Positions 27,261 through 42,976 are shown, counted from the first letter of the stretch. The stretch: DNA of 64,000 nucleotides from Octopus vulgaris (GCA_951406725.2 OX597824.1:9114001-9178000), one strand, 5' to 3'. Numbers and translations are program-made. The notes: generated by a model from the letters alone, not told the origin.

Positions 27261-28908
27261 ATTCTTGAACGACTCCATGTTGTATACAACGGATGATAAA
27301 GAAGTAGAAACACTGCCACAGAGAGTGCACATATTTATGAGAGTGATTAATGCGATTAGCGCAAATCACCTAGTAATTAAGAGCACTAAAACCATCGTAG
27401 GAATAGAAAAAAAGTGATAAAATTATTTAGACTACACAGACATGCCAATTTTATAGGAATCGATGAACTTCATATATTACAACAGACAACTATGAAAGAA
27501 AATATTATCGTCGCATTAGCTTAATACTTAAATCAGCTGCAACCGTTTAGTCGGAGAAGTTTACAGTGTGAGTATAGTCTGGAGAGAAAGGATTATCCGT
27601 AATAGCTTGTGCGAAGGTGAGAGGGTTGACATCGGCAACAGTGATAATAGGGGAAAGACAGATGGATCAAGGATTTCTAAATAGTGGAATTACTGGACTA
27701 ATAATCACCGAGGAATAGAGATCGTTTTACTACTGATAGAAAAGACAAAAGAGATACAAAGGCGTCAGAGACTGAAGCGTGTCCGTTCGAGATCGATTTC
27801 TACTAAGTCGGACTGCAAATCTCTTGATATCTACGTGAGTCGCGACAAAACTGCTTGGAGCAGCTGATTATAGATAACTAAAATCAACCTAATGGATTAT
27901 AGTAATCAACCTAAGTTGAGTTTTTTGGTGTATCAGCAAGTGTTAGAGGCTAAAATATTTCCTGACCTTGAGAAGAAAGGCCTGTCATTGAGATGTGGGC
28001 TTCGCTATGCTAAGACTTTGTTTTAGCTAGAAAAGATACTCGGGGATACTGAAACCCATCATTTGAAGCACGTTTGAGTGCCACTCATGTTTAATAGGAA
28101 TGCAGCGTAGCAGTGTTTTCTTGATATATCAGTGCTTGAAAATTTTGCTGATAAGTGAAAGAAGAGTGAAAATGTCCTGCTGATAGATCGCCTTAAAATC
28201 TGTGTATGAAATCAGATTTGGCATTAAATGTCTATATGTGAAGCAATGATGCATCGTTGGAAACCGTAGGAGGGAAAAATTGATCGTGGCATCTACATGA
28301 GAGTGGTCGTTGTTGGATATGGCGGCAAGTACGTCACTAGTGCACAAAAGGAAGTGAGTTAAGGTAAAACACACTCTGAGAGATATCGCAGTTGATTGAG
28401 AGTAGTTCAAAATGTGATCGGTCAACAGATGCCTCGATGATGGGATAATATAGAAAGATACTAATAAAAAAGATGGATATAGTCCGAAGCTTTAAATGTT
28501 TGCATACCAGACACGATCGAAGGATTTACTAATGTAGAGGCCAACAACAAACAATCTATGACTGAATTTCTCTGAAGCGAATGCCCTCTGGCGAGTGGCA
28601 TAAGAGATTAGATCTCCTGTATATCTAGTTCTGCATCAGTCGTACAAGAGATCACCAAGGAAAAACTGGCTGGGTCAGATGAGTTATGATTCACTGGAAT
28701 GAGGCACACTGAGAGGTTTTTGCAAATTTCAGGGTATATCTCCAGAGAGAATGAGAAAGCAAAGGGCTTGGAGATCAAAAAGGTTCTTGGGTGCAAACAC
28801 CGGGTGTAATTGAGAAGAAATTTTATTGCTAATGGCTTTGCTTCTTCTTAAAAACTAGAGATATTTTTGTAATTTGGTATGTACGCGGAATGGGGAATCA
28901 GAGGGAAA

Positions 28909-29140
28909 GGCGGTGAGCTGGCAGAAGCGTTAGCACACCGGGCGAAATTCTTAGCGGTATTTCGTCTGCCGCTACTTTCTGAGTTCAAATTCCGCCGAGG
29001 TCGACTTTGCCTTTCATCCTTTCGGGGTCGATTAAATAAGTACCAGTCGCGCACTGGGGTAGATATAATCGACTAAATCCGTTTATCTCTCCTTGTCTGT
29101 CCCTTCTGTGTTTAGCCCCTAGTGGGCAATAAAGAAATAA
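28909..29140 (+). mobile_element. SINE family B with TSD
   Basis: TSD GGGGAATCAGA(G/T)GGAAAG at 28892 and 29141. Confidence 0.9.
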
Positions 29141-29274
29141 GGGGAATCAGATGGAAAGAAGAGGATACGTTTGGCGGAGACTAGTCGAATGTATGTTTTG
29201 CAAAGTAGGATACAAACTGACCAGCAGAGGTGGAGACTTTCTCTGTTGCAGTGTTGTTTATAGAACCATTATTG

Positions 29275-29602
29275 GTGAGGGCGCGTGGCTTAGTGGTTAG
29301 GGCATTCGGCTCATGATCGTAAGGTTGTGAGTTCGATTCCCGGCGACGCGTTGTGTCCTTGAGCAAGACACTTTATTTCACGTTGCTCCAGTCCACTCAA
29401 CTGGCAAAAATGAGTTGTACTTGTATTTCAAAGGGTCAGCCTTGTCACTCTCTGTGTCACGCTGATTATCCCCGAGAACTACGTTAAGGGTACACGTGTC
29501 TGTGGAATGCTCAGCCATTTGCACGTTAATTTCACGAGCAAGCTGTTCCGTTGATCGTATCAGCTGGGACCCTCGTCGTCGTAACCGGCGGAGTCTTTGA
29601 AA
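29275..29602 (+). mobile_element. tRNA-derived SINE family D with 13-bp TSD
   Basis: A box TGGCTTAGTGG, B box GAGTTCGATTCC, then GTGTCCTTGAGCAAGACAC. TSD AGAACCATTATTG at 29262 and 29603. Confidence 0.9.
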
Positions 29603-30880
29603 AGAACCATTATTGATTAGAAGATACAAAGACGACTCAGTAAACCTGGTGGACCAAAAATATCGGCTGCAGATCGGGAGGTAGAAAGTTTGAGGACTGT
29701 ATAATTCACGAAAGCATCTTTTCGACACTAGACAGTAGTTTTCCAGGAATAAAACTACTTTAGAAAATGGATGAGACTCTCCGGTATTTTCAGCTTCATT
29801 TTCCTTTTTCCTAGAATATTATCAGCGTAGCTGTCAATAATTTATCTGGGAGGAAGCGTTAATATTTTGCTGTGTGTAGGATGTGAAGGGATATGCCTAA
29901 GAAGAGAACTTTCAATAATATCACGAAATACAATATACACAATTAAAGCAAAACGCTACACATATCCAACATGCGGAGCCATACTCGGTTGTATACGATA
30001 ATAAGATTACTAAAAAAAAAAAAATAATAATCACTTGTTATTTTTATTTCTTTGGATTTTTTCAAAACATGCTACCCCCATCCCCGTTTCACTATTCGTG
30101 TATGTAGAAAAGAAAAGGATTAAAAAAGCACAAATTTCTCATTTCTGCCAATCAAATTCCTTTAGAAACCAATATAAATTATTACCATGTCATCGTTGCT
30201 TTCAGTCATTTTTTACTGTTATACGGATTCTTAACCAATTCTTCTGTAGTACTAGTATAATTATCTCTACTACTCCGCAAAATATGTTTGAATATTCACG
30301 ACAATATCAACGAATCTTTGGGGATTCTCCCAAGTTGTCTTTTTTGGTAATTTTTTTTCGTCTTAATTTTGTATTTTTTTTTCCATCTGTTTCTCAGAAT
30401 TCATTTGCAACAAAGAAACATTTCATTTATCACTCCTGTATATTTTTTCCTTACTAATCAACTCTTTCTAGTTATTAGCTTTCTGTTTTTTAGAGTTTTT
30501 CCTCTACGGCGTAGACACTACGTTTTCATTGAGGTATTTGTATGAAATAACTCTTCAACTGATGTACGCTGAATATGATTTATTCAGAGAGTAACATGTC
30601 GGTTGAATTCTGTTTCTGTTTGTATATGTACCCATGTCAGCAAAACCAAAAGCAAAGAAAAAACTGTTCACTGTTCCTTTTTTTCTATATTAAAAATGTT
30701 CGGCGCACTTATCCAAATATAAAGATCTGAAAATAAAGATAGCTAAAATGTTTCGACTGACAACAGAAGCAGCCAGTATAATATAAAGTGCCTTGAGAAA
30801 AATAGAACTATCCATAACCTAAATCCCAGGATTTAAAAATACCTGAAGCTTAATGAAAATGACACGACAGCTTCATATAT

Positions 30881-31141
30881 TGTTGTTTTGTCTGTTCCTT
30901 CTCGGGGTATAGGTTCCCGACCTGGACGGGACGCCGGTCCGTCGCAGGTGAGCTGCAAGACGAAAGAGTAACAGAAAGTTGTGGCGAAAGAGTCAGCAGA
31001 AGTTCGCCATTACCTTCAGCCGGAGCCGCGTGGTACTTAGGTGTTTCGCTCATAAACACACACATTGCCCGGTCTGAGATTCGAACCCGCGATCCCTCGA
31101 CCGCGAGTCCTCTGCTCTAGCCTCTAGGCCATGTGCCTCCG
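30881..31141 (-). mobile_element. SINE family C with 13-bp TSD
   Basis: CAGCTTCATATAT at 30868-30880 and 31142-31154. Confidence 0.9.
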
Positions 31142-31436
31142 CAGCTTCATATATAGAATTCTTTAAAAACTATACAAGATGAAAATCAAAGCAAAATACC
31201 TTACCGCTGCGTAATGCAAAGTGACGCTATGCAACAAAAATATGATTACTAGAAACCAAAAAACATGAAAATAAATACTGTTGTTCATTTCTTTTTAGGT
31301 TATTTCAAAATATATAATTTGCTTAAATTTTCAGTAAATATAGATTTAGAAAAGTAATTTAATATTCACAGATTTTGCATTTCTCCTGATCAAATTTCCA
31401 TATGAACCAATAACTACTTTAATATGCAACAGTATT

Positions 31437-32070
31437 AAGGCGGCAAGCTGGCAGAAACGTTAGCACGCCGGGCGAAATGCTTAGCGGTATTTCGTCTGCC
31501 GTTACGTTCTGAGTTCAAATTCCCCCGAGGTCGACTTTGCCTTTCATCCTTTCGGGTTCGATTAAATAAGTACCAGTTACGCACTGGGGTCGATATAATC
31601 GGCTTAATCCGTTTGTCTGTCCTTGTTGGTCCTCTCTGTGTTTAGCCCCTTGTGGGTAGTAAAGAAATAGGTATTTGTCTGTCTTCATGTTCTGAGTTCA
31701 AATTCCGCCGAGGTCGACTTTGACTTTCATCCTTTCGGGGTCGATAATGTATGTATCAGATGCGTACTGGGGTCGATCTAACCGACTGCCCCCCCTTCTC
31801 TCAAAATTTCGGACCTTGTGCCTAGAGTAGAAAAGAATATATAACAGTTTTAAGGCGGGAGCGGGTAGAATGGTTAGCACGCAGGGTGAAATGCTTAGCA
31901 GTACTTTTCCCGTTTTTACGTTCTGAGTTCAAATTCCACCGAGGTCGACTTTGTTCTTTCATCATTTCGGGGCCGATAAAATAAGCACCAGTGGAGTACT
32001 GGAGTCGATATAATCTATATACTCCCTTCCCCGAAATTGCTGGTATTGTGCTAGAATTTTATACCAATAT
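31437..32070 (+). mobile_element. SINE family B cluster (3 copies)
   Basis: Three Meta-like cores in tandem. Confidence 0.85.
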
Positions 32071-35000
32071 ATCAGAACATCATTACTTTTAATCAATTTT
32101 GGTTTTATTAACATTATTAGCAAATACTATGAAACGGGTATATATGAAGACTGTTTTCTACTCATTGTGCTCCTATCTCGTTTTTTTTTTCTGTCATACG
32201 TTTGCATTAATCTTCGCTTCCAGTTTATCTACTCCACAGAATTCAATTGTAATAAAGTGACAGTTCCTACATCCGTTTCTACACTCTGTTTCTCCTTACT
32301 AATGAATTCCTTCTAGCATTTATTTACATCTCCATCTTCACTTATATAAATTATTAATATACAACAAAAACTGAACCAGTGTACGCTGTTCAGTTATTGT
32401 TGTAGATTAATATATGTACTGATGACAGTAACAAGTTAAAGACTTGTTTCAGTTTATTTACGTGCCTATATCAGGCAAAAACTTTTCGTATATTCTATTA
32501 TAGTTTTTTTCTCTGCGTTTGTCATTCTTTCCTATGTTTGATATTTTGCAGTGAAGATATCCATCCACGCTCTAATATCCAGGAATATATTTATTGTTGG
32601 GCAACATGATTTAGGCTTCTACATATGTAACTGATATTCGCATAAAAACACACTTGCTCTTCAGATATGACGTATAGTCAGAGTTCACTTTGCAGTCTTA
32701 CGTGACCCCCAGATTTATTCCTATGCGCGCCATCTTGATAGAAGTCTTTCATACCAGATCATCGGTGGACCCACGTCATTTTGAGTGAAACCAGTTAGGG
32801 TGAGGGCTTCTTCATTAGTTGTGGTAATTTAACACCACCATTGCAAATATTCGAACCACTTCGCTCGCTTCTTTCACATCTTCTTTCAGACAAGTCTGAA
32901 CTGCTACAAAAAGATCCTCAGTGCTGCTCTTTCTCTCTTAACAGAAGCGCAAACAATAACACAATTCTCTTAATGCCCAGTGAAAGAAACATAGATATAG
33001 CAGAGATATAACGTGGACTTCTTTTAATATATAAGGTTTTCAATCATATGTAACTAAAAAGATTTTCTAATCGCTTTGGGGACACTCGCTGACGCTACAT
33101 CGAAGAGGCCAGGGAACAGAAGAAAGAAGAAGAAAGAAGACATGCACCCAACACCAGAGCTGAAGACACCTCCGAAAATGAGGGCCCCGCCACGTCAAAA
33201 CGGTAGTGGAGTAGGGGCCAAAACCGGACGTGGTTCCTCCTGATGATGTCTTGAGCTAACTGAATCCTATAAAGGAGCTGTTATGGTAGCAGACCCCGAA
33301 ACACTGTTGTAATTCCTCAGATTGTATTCTGTCAAATCATATAACCTTAAGATTTTAAAAAAGTTCAGGTTTTTCTATATGTGCTTATTATTAAGCTTCG
33401 TTTATTTATATCCTGTCTGGTGCAGTAAAGTTATTTCGCTTATTTTTACCAGCAAATACATCGTTTCTGAGTGTAGTGAATGTATACTTTCGGTTTTTTT
33501 CTTAATTCATGCTTTGCTACAGATCGTAACTAATGGTCTGTTTTTGTTTTCTCTGTGCGGTGTCTGAGCTAACAGCGAAGATCACCTAACCCATTTCCAC
33601 CTGCGTGAAGATTACTTTCATTTTGCCTGCTGCATATGTAAATACGCTGCACGATATTGCTTGCTTTCTTTTCACTCTTCATTATATAATATGCATTCCC
33701 CGTCATATTGAATATAAACTTGGGAATAAAATATACGATAACAAACACAAAGAAAATGACGGATCACCAGGTGGAATTCGTATCTCTTCTAGCACTTCGT
33801 TTATATTTTGGTGATAACATGCAGTTTTCAATTTGTTATGTTGAAAGGAAGTGTTACTAATACAACTGCCAGCGTTGATCTGTTCAACCTCATATATTTC
33901 CTTATACTATTTTATCTCTGTACTGTTATTCTATGCAGTAATACGTATTGCTTTTCACTAATCTCTTTTATTCAGTTATGGTGTATTTGATCACATTTTT
34001 TAGCACATTTTTATGATACGATATCTTAATAGTTTCATTCATACTCTGTATGCAAACCTGATTAGCAAACCTCAACAAAATATTGGTGTATCTTATCAAT
34101 AAAAAGCTATATAGGGAACTCGGGGTTACATAATTATTGCAGCTTTGAAAAGACTAACGTATGATTTCTCTCTAAAGTCATTGATTCTAGGTTTCACTTT
34201 GCCTGTCGTCATTTCATGAGCCATAAATGAGATAAGTACCGCTAATGTACAGGGTCAGTTCAGTCAGTTCTGCTTTTCTATAGACGGATAAGATCGGTTG
34301 TTTTGTAAACTTCAGGGATTAAGCATCTGTGAGTGATATTTACGAGTAAATTGGCGTAAAAGCTACGAAACGTGAAGTAAATGTTTAACCCTATTTATTC
34401 ATCTATAGTTACAGACTGGAACCAAAACCTACATTGAGCGACTGTGATGATTTTTATGTCCAATCCCGCCACCTGATTTCATAAAATATATAAGATTCAA
34501 GTAATTTATCCGATTCATTAGACGAAAGTCGACTCCAACGAAAGTGTTCTGTGATTCCAATGTGAAACACATATCATTTAGACCTCATTAAGTGAATACT
34601 TGTTTCAAAACTTCACTTCGTTTCCATTTTTGCTTCCTATAATCGCGTGGAAGTTTCACTGAATGTTTCAAATAATTTTTTTATATTTCTGTTATGTATG
34701 TTCCTGCTATTGAAGAATTTCCTTACATTTGTACAAACATTCAGCCTCTAAAACACCCTGTCTCCTCGTCTTGTCTACTTCATCGATTTCTGCAATTCAG
34801 CACTCGCTAATTGTATACTTTACTAGATATGTCTGACACCACTCTGTTATCTTTTAATCTCCCATACTATGTTTTACACGCAACCAGCAATTCTAACCCT
34901 TCCTACTGAAAATGTCAATTCTCTAGTATTCGGCCACGCATCGACCTCACTCATTTTACCATTCTCAACCACCCAACTAAAATATAAAAATTAGCAGGAT

Positions 35001-35931
35001 CGAGGAGTCGTTGTTTTTTTAAAGCAATTTTTACCAACGTAAGAGAAGAAAAATGGCTACAGACAGACAATGAAATCAGCATACTATAAAATCGAAATCC
35101 ATAATTCCTGTTTTTCTTCTTGTAATTTTAAAATGATGCTTATATTTTACTATTCATCATCTTGATTTCATTTCAAATTGAAGGTCCTTATCAATTCAGC
35201 GCCTTGTTCTTAACAAATAACAAAGAAAAAAGCAATAATAGTAGCAACAAAAATCAATGATGGCGACTGTAGTCTCGGAGACGGCGAAGGCAATAATAAT
35301 AAGATTGAAACAATACACAAAACATCAAGCGACGAAGTCAAAATGAAGTACAAGATATTTGCTTGGAAAATATTAAATATTAGATACAATATCTGATAAA
35401 ATACTATGTATACTAGATGCGTGGATGCTACGAAGTGCAAATCGATAATCTTCTACTCTTCGTATAGGGTCTGCTAGATCGATTTGAAACGAAAGGGAAT
35501 AATTAAAAGCGTCTCCAACAACAACGATAGCAAAACTCAACGACAGATCCCAAAACAAAAAAGGAAGCCACACCAAAAACCATCGATAAAATAACTCCAT
35601 TGTGTTCTGTATAGATATTATAATAGATTCCGGAAAGGTTTCCACAGAAATAAATAAAATACTGTTACTGTCTAATAATATCATTGATTTCATGCAACGA
35701 GAATATTGTAGATTTTTTAAATATTTCATACGCTCGTAACATCAAAGAGGTATGTTTATTTTAGTGATATTAGCAGACACGAGCACGCACGGAATCACGC
35801 GCATGACTACACAGATACACATCTCATACACTTGTTATATGAAAGATGATACTTAATTTAGTAACACACAAACACACACACAAATATATATCTATATACA
35901 TCCACACATAAATACGCACTCTGTGAATTCT

Positions 35932-36025
<94 letters not shown>

Positions 36026-36186
36026 GTATATTTATATATGTATATACACTCACAAGCATGCACATATACATACATATAGACATACATATATGCATACATA
36101 CATGCATACATACATAGATACATGCATACATACATGCATACATATATACATACATACATACATATATACATACATACATACATACA

Positions 36187-36220
<34 letters not shown>

Positions 36221-36222
36221 CA

Positions 36223-36256
<34 letters not shown>

Positions 36257-36707
36257 CATACATACATACATACATATACGTACATACATTGAAACGCAGA
36301 CACACTATTCCCAGTGCAGATTCTAAGTACTATTGACTAAAAATAGCCATCGATGAAGTATGCTAGTTAACGAAGATATACAGTTGATAGGCAAGCAACT
36401 CCGATATTCGTCTGAGATAAAATCTTTTGTGGTCGTGTTGTGTTTGAAAACACAAAACCTCTAGAAGATCCCGGCCTTTTCAGTCTATATTTATGACGTG
36501 CGCTCTCAACCGGCTACATGCCCAGACGAGATTTTGACGTCTCCATGTACCTATTTGATGTATATACATCGTTCACAGGCAAGTTACAGTTGATTTTGTC
36601 GTGGATAAAACATTCTTATGAAAGTCATAACCATAATGTTATTAATTTCTAATTATATTTCCCTGTTATGGTTGATTTGCAATACTGCAATTGGGTGTTC
36701 CGACTGC

Positions 36708-36778
<71 letters not shown>

Positions 36779-36856
36779 TATGTGTGTGTGTATGTGCGTG
36801 TGTGTGAGTGTGTATGTTTGTGTGTATATATATAATATATTATATATGTATGTACG

Positions 36857-36923
<67 letters not shown>

Positions 36924-37743
36924 ATGTATTTATTTATATCTCTCTCTATATATGTATCTCTCTCCCTCTCTCTCTCTCTTTATATATATATATGTATGCG
37001 TAACGTGTACGAGATTCATATTCTTATATACGTGCGTATGTATAATAAATATATATGTGCGCGCGCGTGTGTATGTGTGTATGTGTGTGTTTGTGTGTAT
37101 GCAAAAAATTCTACCACTCTCTCCCTCACACACACACACACCACACAAACACACATACACACACATACATGTATAAATGGAAAAAAGAACGACTATTGAT
37201 CAATGTATATAAATCCGTTTAAAGTTTTCAATATACGACGTCAGTTAAAAAAAATATAAAATGTTGAAAATTCACAATTCTTGCGTAAATCAACCTTTAA
37301 GGATGATTGGCGAATATCAAAAATAGGAATTATTAATAATATCGACGACCGTTTGATATTCACAAAAACTTTTCAAAATAGTTCAGAAATCTAATATGAA
37401 TCGCTTGTAATAAAATAATAATAGTTATATGTTGTTGAGAGTTAGATATATTCAAATGTGTAACTAAATATAATAATGGTAAAATAAAAATGTAACCAAT
37501 ATGAATATGATGCCTATGTGTAGTATTCGTTGCACCGGGGTGATATTTTCTATGTTAGAGAAATCAGTTCTGTAATCCTTTTACATTTGGAAAACAGACT
37601 AGAGCCATTACTGTTTTAATTTTAAAATGTATTGGTATCTACGTCGACACAAGCAAATTAACTCTGACTTTCGATTTTACGTTTCCATCGTGAAGGAGAA
37701 TAGTGTAAGTAGGTATGCATATATGCATACACAAGCGCGCGCG

Positions 37744-37779
<36 letters not shown>

Positions 37780-39135
37780 GCATGTAGTTTATATCCTTTT
37801 AAAACAACAAAAGAAAATGGCGATAAGGAAGTTAATTGTTTAATATTAACAAATTGGTCATCTTTGGCTCTTACAGCCGTTTCAGTTGATACTCAATAAT
37901 TTAATTACAAATTTTCACATTAAATTTACATTTAGGTGACATGAGCATAATTTCCTCAGAGGAAAAGGATGTATGTTTGGATATTATATCTGGGCTTCTG
38001 AAGTCATTTTAAAAGGCACTTAGGAGACGACCAACTTGTAGTTAATAATAAACAATTATTAACTTCGTAGTCTCCATTTTTTAATCTTCTTTTAAATGGA
38101 TATAAAATATATGCTTTATATATACCGATTATTTAAAGGAAATTCATTCCTCCAAAATACTCGGTATTGAACCAATAAACTATCCCTTCATGAGGTTAAC
38201 ATATCCTCTAATTAAATCATATATATGTGTGTGTGTATCACAAGTCAAGGAAACATGAAAAGTCTTTCAGCTGGAGAGAGGGAGAGGGGATGGAGTGCTG
38301 CATCAGCTTAAAGCAATTTTGCTGATGAGAATGGAACAAAAGATTAAGTGCTCTGCCCAACGGTACAGTGTCAGATTCTGGGATCCAAATTTCGACCTAA
38401 TAATTTTAAGTCTTGCCCGAAAGAACATGCAGCTTTATTACACACATACGCCCACACAATCAAGCTTTGAAAGTGAACAAGGAATTCTCAAAGGATTTCT
38501 TTGGTTTGATGGTAAATCTTCTGCAATGTTGCCGCACGCATGAAACATTCTGACATTCGACTCCCTTTTCGATTTTTCCTCAAAGAGTTTTTTTAACCCA
38601 ATATTTACATGTTATGATACTTAATTTTATCTACTCCCAGTCGTAGTTGAGTTAAAATCCAATTATTTCATGTTCTCTCGAATTTTCTAAATTTCTACGT
38701 CGTAAGCTATAGATATGCTCGCGCGTGTGTGCATGTGTGTGTGAGTGTGTGTGTGTGTATGTGTTTGTGTGTATGTGTATGTGTGTGTGTGCAAATTATT
38801 ACCTTACCTTGTCAGACGTTTGTAATGAGCGTATGAATAGCCATATTGCTTTGTTCAATATGATATCGATCATTCTACAGTTTTAGAATTTAGCAAATCT
38901 GCTTCATTGATCAGTTGACGATGCTAATTTATAAATTGTTCTTGTTAGTCTTGTAATCGTTGTTCGTTCTTTCACCACTAATTAAGTTCTAATTAACAAA
39001 GAAAATAATACTTAATTTGCAATGAAATGGATATCACTAAATTACTTCAATTCATTAAATATATCTGCCCCTCCCTAATCCCTAGCCATATCGTACTTTC
39101 ATGTTGGAGAGGACCAGGCCATAAACTCCCACATA

Positions 39136-39355
39136 TCTTCTTCTTCTTCTTCTTCTTCTTCTTCTTCTTCTTCTTCTTCTTCTTCTTCTTCTTCTTCTCC
39201 TTCTTCTTCTTCTCCTTCTCCTTCTTCTTCTCCTTCTTCTTCTTCTCCTTCTTCTTCTTCTCCTTCTCCTTCTTCTTCTTCTTATTCTTTATGCATTACA
39301 TACGATGGTAATAACAATAAAATCCTCATCATCATCATCCTCTCATCATCATCAT
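39136..39355. repeat. (TTC)n followed by (CAT)n
   Basis: Direct reading. Confidence 0.95.
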
Positions 39356-40495
39356 TGTCAGTCTCTTCCATGCTTGCTGTGCTGTCCTCCTACTCGACCG
39401 ATCATTTCATAGTCACCACTCTGGTGATTGCGCAACCTGACATTTTAGATCCAATAAGGCTTGCATAGCACTTTGCAGCCCCTCATCCTCCTTATGACAT
39501 GATCCAGAAATAAAATACGGCAAAATATTCAGTGCCAATATGGTTCGCAAGCTCAGGAAGTGGGAGCACCATGATTTCAAGAACAAGCAGAGGATCCAAA
39601 AAATATGCAATGCTGTTCCCTGCACATCTGGTTTTATATCAAAGTAACCTTCTCCTAGTAACATGCTAAGGGTTGCTTCATTCCCAGTGTTCCTTCAACG
39701 TGCCGGACACCAACCTGGAATTTCTGACACCCCATGCTTTTGCTTGATAGTCATTGAACCTACGCTATATCTATCCGTTCTTTTTACAAGGCTTGCTGGG
39801 TTTCTAGCAATCCTCTCTTCATCAGGAAAGTTTAGTGGTCGCGCAGCTTTTGTCGCCGACGACTTGACCATGCAACAGGTTGTACTGGATTCCATGTTAC
39901 GAAAAGCACGTATGAGAAACATCACAAGTGACCTGATACACATATATTAAGAGTTGGGTTACATACCGATAGACGCATACACATCACACGACACACACAC
40001 ACACACACTACACACACAAAAACACACACACACACATACAGACATACATACCCACGCATGCACTCACATAGTTTGCTCCCCAATCACATAGTTCTGGGAA
40101 AGACCACAGCATTATGAGTGGATTTGGTAGACGGAAACTGAAAGAAGTCCGTCGTATACATATATACACACATATACAGACACACATACAAACACAGACA
40201 CAAACACACAGATACTTGTGAGGGTGCATGTGTATGTGTCCTTGTGTTTCTATTTGTAATTTCTTGACAACTGCGGTTGTTTTATCTTGTTTACATCCTA
40301 TAGCTCAGGTGTCCGGCAAAAGACACCAATAGATTAAATATCAATAAAGACAAAAAATGTGCTTGTTGGGCCGACTGAAATCCCTGAAGGCCGTGCTCCA
40401 GCATGACGCAATCCAAATACACACACACACACATACACATATATATGTGTGTCCGAATATATGTCTATGTATGTTTGTGTACATGTGCATATATA

Positions 40496-40918
40496 GGCGC
40501 AGGAGTGGCTGTGTGGTAAGTAGCTTGCTTACAATCCACATGGTTCCAGGTTCAGTTCCCCTGCATGGCACCTTGGGAAAGTGTCTTCTACTATAGCCTC
40601 GGGCCAACCAAAGCCTTTTAAGTGGATTTGGTAGACGGAAACTGAAATAAGCCCGTCGTATATACATATATGTATATGTGTGTGTGTGTATGTGTATGTG
40701 TGTTTGTGTCTGTGTTTGTCCCCCCAACTTCACTTGACAACCGATGCTGGTGTGTTTACGTCCCCATTACTTAGCTGTTCGGCAAAAGAGACCGATAGAA
40801 TAAGTACTAGGTTTACAAAGAATAAGTCCTGGGGTCGATTTGCTCGACTAAAGGCTGTGCTCCAGCATGGCCGCCGTCAAATGACCGAACAAGTAAAAGG
40901 GTAAAAGAGTAAAAGAGT
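40496..40918 (+). mobile_element. SINE family A
   Basis: Full-length copy. An older partial copy lies at about 40060-40415. Confidence 0.85.
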
Positions 40919-41244
40919 ATACGTACGTTTATGTACATCAACATGCGGCAGAGGCAGGTTGGGATAATACTTAATATTTGATGCTTTTCCCTTAAAGCTA
41001 AAAAAATTCAAAATGTTAAAAAATGTTTCAGAAGAAAATACAAATATAATTTTCAATAAATAATAATTCTAATTATTTTAGAATAAATATTTGCGAAGTT
41101 AACAGTGACGAATCTCTTAATAACAGAAATTTACACGTGCAAACATTTTCCCTGCCAAATAAAGAAACCAGCTGTCAAGGTCTTAGCTTCATATTTTGTT
41201 CTGATAAGAAATTTTGAATACGAAAATTGGCAAAATTATGTAAT

Positions 41245-41646
41245 AATTATTCCTACTTTAGGCACAAAGCCTTGAAAATTTTGAAGGAAGGGCGCCACTT
41301 AATTACTTATATCGACCCCCACTGCTCCACTGGTACTTATTTCATCGAAAGTATGCAAGCAAAGTCGACGTCGGCGGAATTTGAATTCAGAAAGTAAAGA
41401 CAGACGAAATACCTATTTCTTTACTACCCACAAGGGTCTAAACACAGAGGGAACTGACAAGGAGAGACAAACGGATTAAGTTGATTATATCGAGCCCTGT
41501 ACGTAACTGGTACATAATTTATCGACCCCGAAAGGATGAAGGGCAAAGTCGACCTCGGCGGAATTTGAACTCAGAACGTAATGACAGACAAAGTACCGCT
41601 AAGTATTTAGCCCGGTGTGCTAACGTTTCTGCCAGCTCGCCGCCTT
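41245..41646 (-). mobile_element. SINE family B, two copies
   Basis: Reverse-complement homology. Confidence 0.85.
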
Positions 41647-42149
41647 AAAATTATATAATATCAAATACAAGTCTACCTGATATTTTATTCAAGAAAGAGA
41701 AAATAAAAATGGTAGTCAATTACTTTCGCTTCGTTCAAAATGGAGCGAAGCAGGAAATCTGATGTAGATCAAAGGAATAATTAGCTCTATCCCAAGCAGG
41801 CATTATGAGATACGACCTGTCAATAGGTTGTGGACAGAACCGCGGAACAGCGTGCTTAGTTGTGAAAACTGGGCAAAGAGACAGACTAATTAGATATGTC
41901 ACGTACCAGCTCATACACCAGTGTTGCCATACTTGTGTCGATAACTACGAGGGACACAAGCAAAGACATTAGCTGAAATAAAGACCGTGGTTGTATTAGT
42001 GGAACAGTACCTTAAGATATTTCTTTGTGTTAGTGAATGTTCCTAGAAATTATATATAGCCGGACGTGGCCTCGCTAGAAATACATACATTAATGGACAT
42101 ACACTCCTTATTAATCCTTAAAGATCAGTGAAACATACCAGAGTACTGC

Positions 42150-42760
42150 TTCATTGAGATTTAGAAAGAAACAGGACTGATTCAAATACTTCTGCACATA
42201 AAGTGCATTTGCTCTAGACGTGATGACAAAACAAAGAAACATTTCAGTGTTTTTTGCTCATGGAAGCAAAAATGACAAAAAGGGAGAGACCAAATTAGCG
42301 TGGACAGCACTATGTTTAACAGAGTCGGTGCAGCTGCACATGATACGGAACAAATGACTTCGCGAAGCAGCGGTTGTGGTACTAGTGGTAAATGAGGCTG
42401 AGAGAGGAGACAGTTTATGAGAGAGACATTTTTAGGTTGTAGTTCGGGTGCAGGCAAAAGTGCTCGCTAAGGTGTTTGTTTGTGGTAGTGGTGTGAGAGT
42501 AGTGTTCCCATGTGGATTCTATTTGCTATTTAGGGCAAATCAGAGCCGAGACATTTACTTATTCTGAAGACGATGGACTGTCTTTAAGATGCTACTTTTA
42601 TTATGAGTTCAGCAGACATTGTGGTATAAGGAGTTAGAAATGAGTTTGAAAATTTGAACTGTATGATGTTAGCATCTAAATACAAGTCGAAGAATGCAAG
42701 AAATTTTGTCCATGATATCGGCAGCAGTTAATTCGGTAGTAATTTCTGTACAGTGTTAAA
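42150..42760 (-). mobile_element. Highly decayed CR1/L2-like LINE C-terminal fragment
   Basis: VSSLSLIYH*YHNRC resembles VASLSLFYRYYHGRC. Many stops. Confidence 0.45.
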
Positions 42761-42976
42761 GATGGCGAAATCGTTTAAACAATCTAACATACAAGTCTAT
42801 GTTCACAACTTATATAAGTTTCCTTGGTTTACTTTCATTTTCAGCCATTGCTAAAATGGCGGGGAGCAGAGCTTCCTCCGTCGTTTACTTTCATTTTCCT
42901 ATTTTACAGAATAATTTCATAGATACGCAATTGCTTGCACAATTATTAACACATGCGAACATGATGAACACATGTA

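Larger units (their letters stand above)
27520..29740 (-). mobile_element. Highly decayed CR1/L2-like LINE RT region, interrupted by two SINEs (boundaries approximate)
   Basis: GLYISKSFDRVWYAN (about 28495-28545) resembles LDISKAFDRVWH. Also SKPFAFSFSLEIYPEICK and HFLLCTSDVL..HSHVDAT. Confidence 0.6.

Noticed and set aside
33232-33320. CTGATGA...GAAAC..GTA hammerhead candidate
   Set aside because: Stem I cannot pair, because the flanks are direct repeats (TTCCTC).
39413-39950. Three overlapping ORFs of 82-95 aa in unique-looking sequence
   Set aside because: No recognisable motif or splice pattern. Probably an old TE remnant.
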